A DNA stretch of 64,000 nt from Macrostomum hystrix (Eukaryota > Animalia > Platyhelminthes): the NCBI GenBank assembly GCA_950097015.1, contig CATNEN010000033.1:620001-684000 (forward strand). Direction: 5' to 3'. The position numbers and the translations under genes are program-made. Numbering within the stretch: the first letter of the stretch is position 1; each line of letters begins with the position of its first letter. Below are positions 12,516 to 24,798 of this stretch, piece by piece. Below the pieces are notes generated by a model that saw nothing but the letters and a program-made list of their open reading frames with translations, did no database searches and was not told the DNA's origin.

Positions 12516-13372
12516 AACTGGGGGATAATCGTCAACTGGGGAATCATAGTAAACTGGGGGATAATTGTCAACTGGAGGATAATTGTACACTGGGGAATCA
12601 TCATCAAATGGGGGATCATGGTCAACTGGGGATCATCATCAATTGGGAGTTATCATCAAATGGGGGATCACAGTCAACTGAGAGATAATTGTCGACTGGT
12701 GGATCATTGTCAACTGGGGGATCATTGTCAACTTGGGGATCATTGTCATTGTCAACTGGGATCATCATCAATTGGGAGTCATCATCAAATGGGGGATCAT
12801 AGTCAACTGAGAGATAATTGTCGACTGGGGGATCATTGTCAACCGGGGGATCATTGTCAACTGGGGGATCATTGACAACTGGGGGAACATTGTCAACTGG
12901 GGGATCATTGTCAACTGCGTGATCATCATCAACTGGGGGATCATTGTCAACTGGGTGATCATTATCAACTGGGGGATCATTGTCAACTGGGGGATCATTG
13001 ACAACTGGGGGAACATTCACAACTGGGGGATCATTGTCAACTGGGGGATCATTTTCAACTGGGGGATCATCATCAACTGGGGGATCATTGTCAACTGGGG
13101 GATCATTGTCAACTGGGGGATCATTGTCAACTGTGGGAACATTGTCAACTGGGGGAACATTGTCAACTGGGGATCATCATCAATAGGGAGTCATCATTAA
13201 CTGGGGGATCATTGTCAACTGCGTGACCATCATCAATGGGGGGATTATTGTCAACTTAGGGATCATTATCAACTGGGGGATCATTGTCAACTGGGGGATC
13301 ATTGTCAACTGGGGGATCATTGTCAACTCGGGGATCATTATCAACTGGGGGATCATTGTCAACTGATCATTG
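12515..13372. repeat. 18-bp minisatellite GGGGGATCATTGTCAACT
   Basis: Dozens of tandem copies; explains the spurious repetitive ORFs. Confidence 0.95.
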
Positions 13373-13459
13373 TAGCGCAAAAAAGGCTGAAAATACAGCT
13401 GCTAAAAAGTATATACTGGACGAATTAAAAATATATTTCTGCTCCCCGAAGGGGGGCAA

Positions 13460-14006
13460 AACTTGCTAGTACATTTACTAAAAACCGACTATTGCGTGGA
13501 AACATTTGCTGAGCTAGATGCTCAACTGATGCGCGATCTCGAAACCTTCGAGTTAGGCAAATATAACTAGCTGATAAACTTCACGTACGCGCCTCAGGAT
13601 CTGATCGATTAAAGAGGTTCTGACAAATATAAAGACACGTGAGTGCTGTATGATGGGCATGCTTTGTAAACAGGCTAGTAAACTCAGCAGACTTTGTCAC
13701 TTCACTTTGCAGGTCATCAACGACAACTAAATCGTTTGGCTTAAACCGAGAAGCAAGTTGAGCTGGAAATCCGTTTACGAAATGAACAGGTTCATCTCCA
13801 GGTTTATTCTAGCACTTGATTATCCGTTGCTGATCGTCGGAAGTTAGGTTTGTACAATGACACCAAAGAAGACGCTGAGGTTTCTTATCAAATAGCTTAT
13901 CTCGTTCACTTAGCAATCTAAGTGTCCATCCAGTTTTTCCGGAGTTAGATGGGCCCGCAATAATGAATGTTGAATCGTGAGCCAACTGCATGTTGAAAAT
14001 TTCCAT
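13460..14006 (-). pseudogene. Polinton packaging ATPase B (second, distinct copy; truncated)
   Basis: AGPSNSGKT, then after a frameshift LVVVDDLQ, LFTKHAHH, ICQNLF, RDRASVEHLAQQMFP; one in-frame stop. Confidence 0.85.
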
Positions 14007-14008
14007 TT

Positions 14009-14425
14009 CTAAGCACCAAAGCGTTGCTTCACCTGCATAACTTTAGCTACAAGTTTGGCAGCTAGTTTCTCCCTCCAACTTGTGGACGGATCGTTAGCAA
14101 TTTCATGTGCTCCTGATTCTAGCACCTGATCAGCCTTTAATCTTTCTTGAACGTCAGAATGTTGGTCGTACGCTATGTCGTGAAGCATGCACAGATTATC
14201 AAGTCTATTTTTACCTCGTTGACCCTTTGTAAGTCTCTCTTGTAACTTCGTTCCTGGACCGCAAAACTGATATCCGCCAGGTAAATGTGCCTCAAACGGA
14301 AAATGGTTGATTAAACAGTTCAGTACGCCGAAACCTCGCTGCTTCTTAATCGAGTTACTTGATCTCTTGATTTTAAATGAAGACTTTCCTAAACTCTTAG
14401 CTGATATTTTCTTACTACGTGCCAT
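14009..14425 (-). CDS. Parvovirus VP1u-like phospholipase A2-domain protein of Polinton remnant B
   Basis: HLPGGYQFCGPGT Ca-loop-like motif and catalytic HDIAY; basic N-terminus; adjacent to the ATPase. Confidence 0.85.
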   Translation of the reverse strand: MARSKKISAKSLGKSSFKIKRSSNSIKKQRGFGVLNCLINHFPFEAHLPGGYQFCGPGTKLQERLTKGQRGKNRLDNLCMLHDIAYDQHSDVQERLKADQVLESGAHEIANDPSTSWREKLAAKLVAKVMQVKQRFGA

Positions 14426-15815
14426 TCTGGAGATTTTTAATTACCAGCAAATTGCGAATTTGCTTATAGTGTATTTACAAAAAACGAGATTAACATCAAT
14501 AAAATTCCTCGCATAAAAAGTCTAGACAAGGGTTGCATCTGAGTCTTCAGTGGTGCTCATCATTAGGACTGGTTTTGGTGTTGACGTAGCTCCTTGAAGT
14601 GGCGTCATTGAAATTGATTGTACTTGTCCATTGTTTGTCTTTAGAGTCGAAAAATTGGTTCTATAAGTTAAATATGGAGTATTATTTAATCTAAACAGTT
14701 TATTAGTCAATTTTATACAGCAGAAGCATTTATTAAACCAATACTTACATAGCTCCTGCTTGACCTTCTTCTAAAATACAAGTTGAAGCATTATATCGAA
14801 CACGACGAATCTTGATTAAAATTGATCCTAAAGCTAGTAAATAGCTGTCATCAAAAAGATGAATGCAAGCTTGATAGAGTCCAGTGATTGCTGAACTAAA
14901 ACTAATCCACTAACAAGGTTGCTGATAGATTGACTATTTTGCTGTGTAATCTGTGCGTGGGCTGTCATCAAATTACTTAAAACTAAACTTTGAGCTTGAG
15001 ATGACATTTTGAAAAATTATCTAAAATGATACCGAAACTAATATCTTAAGCTTGCTATGTGTGCTTAAAGCCTACCTGTTCACGATAAACGTACCGACCG
15101 AAAACTGAAAACGAAAAAGTTGTAAATTAAAAATGTTATTTTCAACTAGTATATCAAACATTTATCGTCAACTATCGTCAATATGGTGCTATTCGCACCA
15201 TATTGTTTAATGGTGCGAATATGCTTGATCAGTGTGGTTTAGTTCATTAAAAAAATTATTTTGTAAACTAAGTTCGAAGTTCTCCCTCGCACACATCGTT
15301 CTCGCTAACTTAGTAAAATATCATTCAACTATGTTACTGAAAACCCACAAGCTTCTTTAAGGCAGTACGTGTATTTTAATTAAACCTTTAAGGTCAAGAA
15401 AATCTAGCAAATTTTTATACAGTTAATTTTTTTCACTTGTGATGTTTACCGAATGATGAAATTCAATAATAAAATCTCTACCTATGCAATCAAATCTTAT
15501 CATTGCTACGTAACGTCAAAATTGCTTTCAATTGTTGAATCAAATTACATTTTAACCTGTAGCAAATTAAATTCGTTTCCACATAAAAAGCATCGTGCAG
15601 TTGCTATCAGCAGATGAGCTTCAACAGTTGACTATAATTACCTTAATGACTATGTCTTGTAAACAAATTAGTTTGATTTCTATCATAAAAGCATCGTGCA
15701 GTTACTATCAGCAGGTGAATTGTGTTCGATTCGCTTCTATAAATACAAGTTTCAAAATTTTGGTCTTTTCATGAGCTCCTCGGCTTTCTAATCACTACAC
15801 CAGCTAGCAGCAAAA

Positions 15816-16114
15816 ATGTCTTACTACGCAGCTGAATCACTGCTAAAGTCTAACATGAGACCTATCTTCCACATTGGCGAGATCGAGTCGACAGTCAACG
15901 GATCGTGTTTGTTTCGATCGGTGGGTTGGAAGTCAGGTCCAGAGGCAAAGGGCTGGCAGCCCATTATCTTCCAGTCCGCCGGACCAGTTGAGCTACTGCG
16001 AGGCATCACCGAGCGACCGGAATACGATGCAGCTAGCAAGAATGACTCACGCGATGTCATCGGCATAACGTTTAGAAAGGAGTGTTGTGATCAGGATTTA
16101 GTCGATTGTCTTCG
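15816..16114 (+). CDS. Orphan putative first exon, unknown product
   Basis: TATAAATA near 15737, AAAAATG start, 100 open codons, GTGAGT donor at 16115; no downstream exon found. Confidence 0.3.
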
Positions 16115-16399
16115 GTGAGTATAATTATTTGTTTTACATTTCCTCAGCTTGTATTTGTCAATAGTAACCTACCTCACAGTTCATATAGCCAAATTGTAGA
16201 GCCTAAACAGTAGAACTTAAAGACACAAAAGCTCGTCCTCAACTGGGTCTTATATGCAATTTTTCTATATATAGTATTACGCATTCAATCGAATGTATAT
16301 GCAAAGTGTCAAAGTATTGATTAATAAAATTCATTTATAGGTGTTATCGCGAAAAAAATATAACGACTTCTAAACAGAAAGTAAATACAGTATTTTAGC

Positions 16400-16620
16400 G
16401 AAAAGACTGATATGTTCTAAAAACGAAGGTAAGAGCAGTATTTTTGCAAAAGTTATTGAAGTAGTGTGCATGGCTACATCTTATGGTATTTTCGCGAAAA
16501 TACTGATATGATATTAAACAAAGGTAGTTGGTGGTATTTTTGCAAAAGTTATTGAAGTAATGTGCATGGCTACATCAATTATGCAGTATTTTCGTGAAAA
16601 TACATGCATATTATTAGACG
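16400..16620. repeat. Short palindromic array (about 2 units)
   Basis: GGTATTTTCGCGAAAATAC and GGTATTTTTGCAAAAGT units as in 23.5-24.3 kb. Confidence 0.8.
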
Positions 16621-17062
16621 AAGTATCTTGTACCTTTATAACCATAGACACATTTAGTATTTCCGCAAATTGCCAAGAGTCATGAGTGTATTTTTTCGCG
16701 AAAAGACTTTATACTGTTGTCTATTGTATTGAATACTTGTGAATGAAAAATAATGACAGTTTTTGCAAAAATACTAACGATACGATGATGAATATATTTT
16801 TGCGAAAAAATTTAACATGTTCTTAAACAAATACAAACTGCTGTATTTGTGCGAAAGTGCTTTGAGTACTAAAATACAAACAATAATGCTTAACATAGTA
16901 CTGATGATTGTTGGTGATGGTATTTTCGCGAAAAGATTATAGTGTATTTTCAATCATTTACAACACAACACCAATATGTACATATCAAATAGTATTGATA
17001 ATCAGAAGCTTTATAAAATCACTGTAATTAATCATAGTGAATGTATTTTTTATAATATCATT

Positions 17063-17140
17063 TCAAACTTGTGCCTCCTCAATTGCAATCGCTACTGCTG
17101 CTGACGCTTCCGCCTCTTCAGCTGCGGCATACAATAGGCA
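17063..17140 (-). pseudogene. 3' remnant of the acidic repeat gene AR
   Basis: CLLYAAAEEAEASAAVAIAIEEAQV*, identical to the end of 61305..62078. Confidence 0.8.
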
Positions 17141-17478
17141 GATAGACAGTTTGCCGTCTCTATTGACAATATACGATATTATCGTATTATCGCGTTGACC
17201 ATTAATCATAATCAGATGACTGATGAGATCAGTCAGTAATAAAATATTAATACGCGAACACAGATGTGTGCAGCTAGTCAATCGGTTATTATTAATACTG
17301 TTATTATTAAATTTCACCAATACATATATATAAAGTATAAATATATGTAGAATTTCATTGATTAAACAAATAATCGTGCTATTCTACAATTAGTCTGATT
17401 TGCAAAGTCGCGAGAGCAAAAATAAACGTGTAAACTATAATACATAAAATTCTGTATAAATTCTGTATTTTACAGCAT

Positions 17479-17858
17479 TCATTGTTCGATGTACCAGTAG
17501 CGAACTCCATGTATGATGAGCTGGAGTTCAGCTTGGGCGTCCTCAAAAAGCTCTAGCACTTCGATGATGTCTTGTGCTTCATCCTCTCTTATACCAGTCA
17601 CGAACAAGACAGCCTTATAGTCTTCTGCTGACCGGTGCTGTTGCAGCCATTCTTGAGTGCGCGTAATAATAAGCATAACTCATTAGCGCTATACTCAGCA
17701 TTTGGAACACCGCGCTGCAAACTAGATAGCTGCTCGAAGCACCCTAGATGCGCTATGAACCGGCCAATGCAATCTATGCGACAACTGAGAAAGAGTTGAA
17801 ATATGTGCGGGTGAAGATACATTTGCACTAACTGCATCTGATCGGCAATGAACGACAT
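17479..17858 (-). pseudogene. S1 family copy with a 1-nt deletion
   Basis: Matches 45848..46228 apart from a missing C near 17660. Confidence 0.8.
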
Positions 17859-18116
17859 GTTCAGTCAGTTAGTAAATCAAGCCAGCATAAAGCTTAAAAA
17901 ATAGTTAATTTAAAAATATTTTAAACTTTAATTGAAGTCCCCATAGAGTATACTTTAGCAAACACAAGTGAGTCAGTCCACAGACAAATCAAATGAATAC
18001 AGGCCAGTCTGGGTATTAAGAACAAGAAATCTTTCTCGGCCAAGATATCAGCCCACAACCAACGCCACAGCAGCAGCAGCAGTAGCAACAGCAACAGCAG
18101 CAACAAACTATTCGAA

Positions 18117-18505
18117 ATGGCAAGCAGCAGCAACAACAGCAGCTTATTTCATTTGTTCCCCGCGGCCTTCCGGGAACACGTCCTGGCCTCCGTTGCCGCG
18201 GAGTTGGAATCCGCCCTACATGATGCGAATAGCGCCGCGAGTTCATTGGCGGCAGCGGAGGCCTGGGCGCCCGGACGTCGCGGGGCGGAGGCGTCGATGG
18301 CCGCAGCTATGCGGCGGGTCAGGGCGGCCATGCTACGCAAGGCCAAGGCCCGCCGCATAGCTGCGGGCTTGGACCCCTATGTGAGTAGTAGATTTCGATT
18401 CTTATTTTCATTTGAATATTTATTAACACATCTGATTACAGCTGAGCTAACAAACTAAATGAAACCTAAAACCCATCTTTCATCCCGTAGCCGGGTGTAC
18501 TATAA
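18117..18505 (+). CDS. S2 small helical protein (92 aa; exons 18117..18380 and 18491..18505)
   Basis: GTGAGT...CCCGTAG intron after LDPY; micro-exon PGVL* conserved in 4 complete copies. Confidence 0.75.
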
Positions 18506-19178
18506 TGCTATGTTGGCAAATAATTGTCGCAGAATTTCTTCATCAAACGGCAGACTGTACATATAATGCTACCCAGACTGGTGTTGAATATATAAGTGTT
18601 AAAGTAAAAACTGCTAGTGAAGTGAAGTAGCACTGGAATACGATTTAAATCCAATCAAAGTGGAATTTCTTAGCAGTATCTATTCTAGCATGTACTATAA
18701 TCCTATGTTGGCAAATAATTGTCGCAGAGTTTCTTCATCAAACGGCAGACTGTACATATAATGCTACGCAGACTGGTGTTGAATATAGAAGTGTTGAAAT
18801 AAAAAATATATAAAAATATAAAAAAGAAAAAAAGCAAATTGTTCGTTATAGTTTTCACAATACATAACTTCTTATCTTGGTTATTTATTTTATCATTAGA
18901 ATAATATGAACTGACTGGTAGTTATGTGGTGTACATTGGCGTTGAGACTTACTAGAAGACCGACGTAATATTAATCGATCAGTCTGATATATAATATCAA
19001 GCTAAGTTTATACAAGTTTGTCTGTAGTAAAACCTAGAACTACAGTTGAGTACAGTCGCAAAAGTGAGCTATGTAAGACTGAGCGCGCTTAACATCTACT
19101 TTGTGACCGACTGACTGACCGACCGAGCGATCAACCACATTTACGAGTTAATTCCTACGCCTCGACTTCAAGTTTGAA

Positions 19179-19448
19179 ATGTCAGCATTTCGTGGCCGTG
19201 GAAAGAAGGCTCGTGTGGATGCCAGCATTGCTACATCGGATTCTAATGGTCTACGCCAGACTAGGATCGTGGACTACTTTAGATCTGAGCAGTCAACCGA
19301 TCGTCCTACTGGCAACTCAATTAGACCGAGTGGGCAAGCAGCATCGGCATCATTCGCAGCACTGGCAGGAACGGCTGGCCGGGCATCGGCTGCCTTCAAT
19401 GTTCCCCGCCGTGCAGTAATACAGCAGCAACAGCAACCGCAGCAGCAT

Positions 19449-19487
<39 letters not shown>

Positions 19488-22400
19488 ACTGTTATTAAAA
19501 CCGCAGTTCAGAAGCGTCGACGTGTCCGATCGACTCTACGCAAGCGGACGCGTGTAGTTGTCGACTTGGATGCTTCGTCTAGCACTACATCGTCGTCTGA
19601 TGCTGAAGACACTGGCGTTGGATCTTTGGTAGCCATGCGACAGCCTCTGGTTATTGCCGCACAATCAATTGGTGGCGCCGGCGACCATGCTAATCGCATA
19701 GAGTCCACGCCTAAAGTGCTATCATCTGAAGATGACTCAGCGGACGACTTGCTAGCAGACGACGTACAGCTGGAGATTGTGGACGAGTGGACGAGCAATA
19801 CAGACAATGTAGAGTCGAATACTGCCCCTGTTTTGACGGCTTCTAATAGTTCAGCCTTGTCATCGCAGCTAGTCGATGATAAGTACAAAACAGAGGTGGC
19901 AGAATTATTGCGCGTAAATGGCGAGTCGACTATTCCTAAAAATAGTGCCGCACTTGGTGCCTGTCCGACTTCGCCAGATTATGCGCCTCGCTCTACACCG
20001 GCAATGTCTGTCATCGAGAATGGGACAACATCCGATGCTGATGAACCAGTTCGCGCTGTATTCTCTCCAGCGTATGTCGACGCTTCTCAACCAAAAGCGC
20101 AACAGTCGGGACGACTGCAGCAATCGCAGCAGCAGCAGCAGCAGCAGCATCAACAGCGAGAGCAACAACCGCAGCAACAGCCGCAGCAGCAGCAGTGGCG
20201 GCAGCAGCTGCTGCAGCAGATACAAGGGCGTGAACGGCAGCAGCAAGATGATGGCGTGGCATTTGCTCCGATAGCCGATGAATATGCGTTGTGTCGTTCG
20301 ACATCACCACTTCTACGGCTATGTCCTCGAGCTCCAATTACCGACTACGCCTCTTTAACAGCAGAGGGCAGGTCGGTTCTTATGACTAGAAGGACGCTAC
20401 ATCTTATAGAGATTGCATTCATCTCGAGCGATGTGGAAAAATTCAAGGCGTTTCTAGAAGATGAATTGGTAGCTCCATGTGCACAGTTTGCCATCGGCGC
20501 AACATCATGTATTCAGGTTGACATGCTGACCAGCGAAGAAATCCGAGCGCGTCGTCAGCAGAAATACAACATGTCAATCCGTGAATGTTTAGGAGCTCCG
20601 AATCATCCCAATGGTTTGCTGATGTTCCTGAACCTGCGCCAACCAGAAGATGGTTACACTGTTTACTGCGGACTGCATGCCCTTTTGATGGAATCTGCGG
20701 AAGCTTCGGCCTACCTGCATCCTACAATGTGTAGAATGACAGTGTCTGGTGTACGCAGTGCGTCAAGTGCAATTAAGCTAGTTACCAGTACGGACGAGTT
20801 TCCAGCTCTTTTCCGCGTTTCTACTCAAGAGTGCAGCTTGCTGACCAAGGCCTTTTGCTGGGTTGCTGCTCATGAGACGTCATCTACTGAGCCTTTGCTA
20901 GATAGTGGCTTCATGTTCGAACACTTTCGTGTCAGACAAGAGCTCAGCGATTACTTTAAGGTGACTCAGATGAAACGCGTAATAGCAACAGAGGTGCTAG
21001 CTGGTTGCCAAAACTGTCGCCCTACTGCCGCTGCCGCCGCCGCCGCTGCTGATGATGCTGCAACAGCCGACTATGCGAGGACGACCTTGCCTACTCAGCT
21101 GGAGGTATGCAAAATATTATAATACATGACATTTTTTAGCACACGTACGAGTATTGATCATTGAATTTTTGCTGTTGTTTTAATTCAAATAATTATTACT
21201 TTTGGACAATTAATTAATTAATTGTATGCGAACCTACCTAACAACACAACAGGTCTCTGCTGCTGCTGCTGATGTTGCTGCTTCCGCTGCTACTGCTGTT
21301 CAAGTATTTGATGCCGCCGTCGCTCATGTTCCCCGGCTGATCGCCGCCGCCACCAACGTGTGCCCAACTGTAAAGGCTGTGTGCAGCGCGTTGCAATTGC
21401 CAACTGGTGTCGTCTATCTATACGGCCCGTCTGGCGTTGGGAAGACACACTCTGTGCACAGTTTGCCATCGGCGCAACATCATGTATTCAGGTTGACATG
21501 CTGACCAGCGAAGAAATCCGAGCGCGTCGTCAGCAGAAATACAACATGTCAATCCGTGAATGTTTAGGAGCTCCGAATCATCCCAATGGTTTGCTGATGT
21601 TCCTGAACCTGCGCCAACCAGAAGATGGTTACACTGTTTACTGCGGACTGCATGCCCTTTTGATGGAATCTGCGGAAGCTTCGGCCTACCTGCATCCTAC
21701 AATGTGTAGAATGACAGTGTCTGGTGTACGCAGTGCGTCAAGTGCAATTAAGCTAGTTACCAGTACGGACGAGTTTCCAGCTCTTTTCCGCGTTTCTACT
21801 CAAGAGTGCAGCTTGCTGACCAAGGCCTTTTGCTGGGTTGCTGCTCATGAGACGTCATCTACTGAGCCTTTGCTAGATAGTGGCTTCATGTTCGAACACT
21901 TTCGTGTCAGACAAGAGCTCAGCGATTACTTTAAGGTGACTCAGATGAAACGCGTAATAGCAACAGAGGTGCTAGCTGGTTGCCAAAACTGTCGCCCTAC
22001 TGCCGCTGCCGCCGCCGCCGCTGCTGATGATGCTGCAACAGCCGACTATGCGAGGACGACCTTGCCTACTCAGCTGGAGGTATGCAAAATATTATAATAC
22101 ATGACATTTTTTAGCACACGTACGAGTATTGATCATTGAATTTTTGCTGTTGTTTTAATTCAAATAATTATTACTTTTGGACAATTAATTAATTAATTGT
22201 ATGCGAACCTACCTAACAACACAACAGGTCTCTGCTGCTGCTGCTGATGTTGCTGCTTCCGCTGCTACTGCTGTTCAAGTATTTGATGCCGCCGTCGCTC
22301 ATGTTCCCCGGCTGATCGCCGCCGCCACCAACGTGTGCCCAACTGAACTGTAAAGGCTGTGTGCAGCGCGTTGCAATTGCCAACTGGTGTCGTCTATCTA

Positions 22401-22877
22401 TACGGCCCGTCTGGCGTTGGGAAGACACACTCTGTGCAAAGCCATCTCGGTTCTACGAAAGTGCTGAATATCCAGGTGCAGAAGCGGTCTAACACGTTTA
22501 TGTTTGACAAGCTCTGCGAGACTATACACACTGCCATGTTTATTGACGAGCTACGCCCGCAACTGTTTGATGACACATCTGAAGTCATGTGCACACTACT
22601 TCGTTTGGTCAATGGAGACACTTTTGAAGTCAATGCTAAATACAAGGCTATTCGACACGTCTCTTGGCTCAATCGACTGTTAGTGCTTGCTGGGCATGCT
22701 CCGGTCAGTGCGTATTCGATGGACTTTCAGCGCCGATTAGAACCGACACCTGATGGGCACAAGCGTCCGGTAGTTGCCATCTTCATTGGTCATTCCCTCA
22801 GTACCGACTACCAATGCGATGGACAATGCCACCCAATACGCAATGTGTTTGGCGATCACCCGGACCGGCGAGTATGA
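19179..22877 (+). pseudogene. Rep-like/SF3 helicase paralog 1, disrupted by a ~975-bp internal tandem duplication
   Basis: Intron 21105..21252; 20478-21452 repeated with TGTGCA at the junctions; 5-nt insertion near 22345. Confidence 0.85.
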
Positions 22878-23479
22878 GCGACAAGACGGTGCTGTTAGCA
22901 GGTTTTTTTTACACCAAACTGCCTGCATGCTGCTATTTTATCGACTATATTTTTACTCGGTCATTCAGTCAGTCTTTCAGCTGTTTTTTTATATTTTTTA
23001 CTGTTTCATTCTGTTTTTGTATGCAATTTTATAATTAGTCATACAAATAAAATCAATTTATATGCTCAGTTTTGAGCTTTTATTGTTGTAAAGTAGGTAA
23101 TTGCTACTTCTGTTGCAAAAAATCATATTTCTTGCTAATTGTAGTCAATTGACTGATTAATGAAGCCCAACACGAATACAATAAATGTATTGAGCGTTTG
23201 CATGCATAAAAATACAAACAATAGTTACGATAATCAGTAGATTTATAATATAACTGCATAATGAATCATAGTGATTGTATTATTTTACATTCTGACGTTA
23301 TGACGCCTCTGCTTCCTTCAGCTGTGGCATACAAAAGCTCGTCCTCAACTGGGTCTTATGTGCAATTTTTCTATATATAGTATTACTATCTTCAAACGAA
23401 GGTATATGCAAAGTGTCAAAGTATTGATTAATAAAATTCATTTATAGGTGTTATCGCGAAAAAAAAACGACTTCTAAAC

Positions 23480-24320
23480 CGAAAGTAAATACTGAATTTT
23501 AGCGAAAAGACTGATATGTTCTCAAAACGAAGGTAAGAGCAGTATTTTTGCAAAAGTTCTTAAAGTAGGTGTGTGCGTGGCTACATGGTATGGTATTTTC
23601 GCGAAAATACTGCTATGCTATTAAACAAAGGTAGTTGGCGGTATTTTTGCAAAAGTTATTAAAGTAGGTAGTGGTGTGCATGGCTACATATTATGGTATT
23701 TTCGCGAAAATACTGCTATGCTATTAAACAAAGGTAGTTGGCGGTATTTTTGCAAAAGTTCTTAAAGTAGTGTGCATGGCTACATATTATGGTATTTTCG
23801 CGAAAATACTGCTATCCTATTAAACGCAGGTAGTAAAGGTAGTTTGCGGTATTTTTGCAAAAGTTATTAAAGTAGTGTGCATGGTTACATCTTTAGGTAT
23901 TTTCGCGAAAATACTGCTATGCTATTAAACAAAGGTAGTTGGCGGTATTTTTGCAAAAGTTATTAAAGTAGGTTATATGCGTGGCTATATGTTAAGGTAT
24001 TTTCGCGAAAATACTGCTATGCTATTAAACAAAGGTAGTTGGCGGTATTTTTGCAAAAGTTATTAAAGTAGGTTATATGCGTGGCTATATCTTATGGTAT
24101 TTTCGCGAAAATACTGCTATGCTATTAAACAAAGGTAGTTGGCTGTATTTTTTGCAAAAGTTCTTGAAGTTGTATGCGTGGCTATATCTTAAGGTATTTT
24201 CGCGAAAATACTGCTATGCTATTAAACAAAGGTAGTTGGCGGTATTTTTGCAAAAGTTATTAAAGTAGGTTATATGCGTGGCTATATCTTAAGGTATTTT
24301 CGCGAAAATACATGCATATT
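23480..24320. repeat. Tandem array of ~100-bp units, each with palindromes GTATTTTCGCGAAAATAC and TTTTGCAAAA
   Basis: 8 perfect cores counted between 23593 and 24310, plus a degenerate lead unit. Confidence 0.95.
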
Positions 24321-24798
24321 ATTAGACTAAGTATCTTGTACATTTTTAACCATAGACACATTTAGTATTTCTGCAAATTGCCAAGAGTCATGAGTGCATT
24401 TTTTTCGCGAAAAGACTATATACTATCTATATATTGTATTGAATACCTGTGAATGAAAAATAATGACAGTTTTTTTGCAAAAATACTAACGATACGATGA
24501 TGAACATATTTTTGCGAAAGAACATGTTCTAAAACAAATACAAACTGCTGTATTTATGCGAAATTGCTTTGAGTATTAAAATAATATGAACGTTTACAAA
24601 CAAAAAAAATAGAAACAATAATGCTTACGTTTGTGCTTATGATTGTTGGTGATGGTATTTTCACGAAAATATTAGTGTATTTTCAATGACTAACAAAACA
24701 ACACCAATATGTATATCAAATCGTTATGATAATCAGAGGCTTTATTTATAAAATAACTGTAATGAATCATAGTTTCTGCATTATTTTATAATATAATT

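Noticed and set aside
12480-13469. Repetitive ORFs (NWGIIV, VDNDPP, STGGSL)
   Set aside because: Translations of the 18-bp minisatellite, open in several frames
5197-14006. One ATPase gene split by an 8-kb insertion
   Set aside because: Both pieces have their own Walker A and Walker B and overlap in homologous sequence, so they are two genes
23480-24320. CRISPR-like array
   Set aside because: The intervening sequence is itself repeated, there are no unique spacers and no cas genes, and the context is eukaryotic
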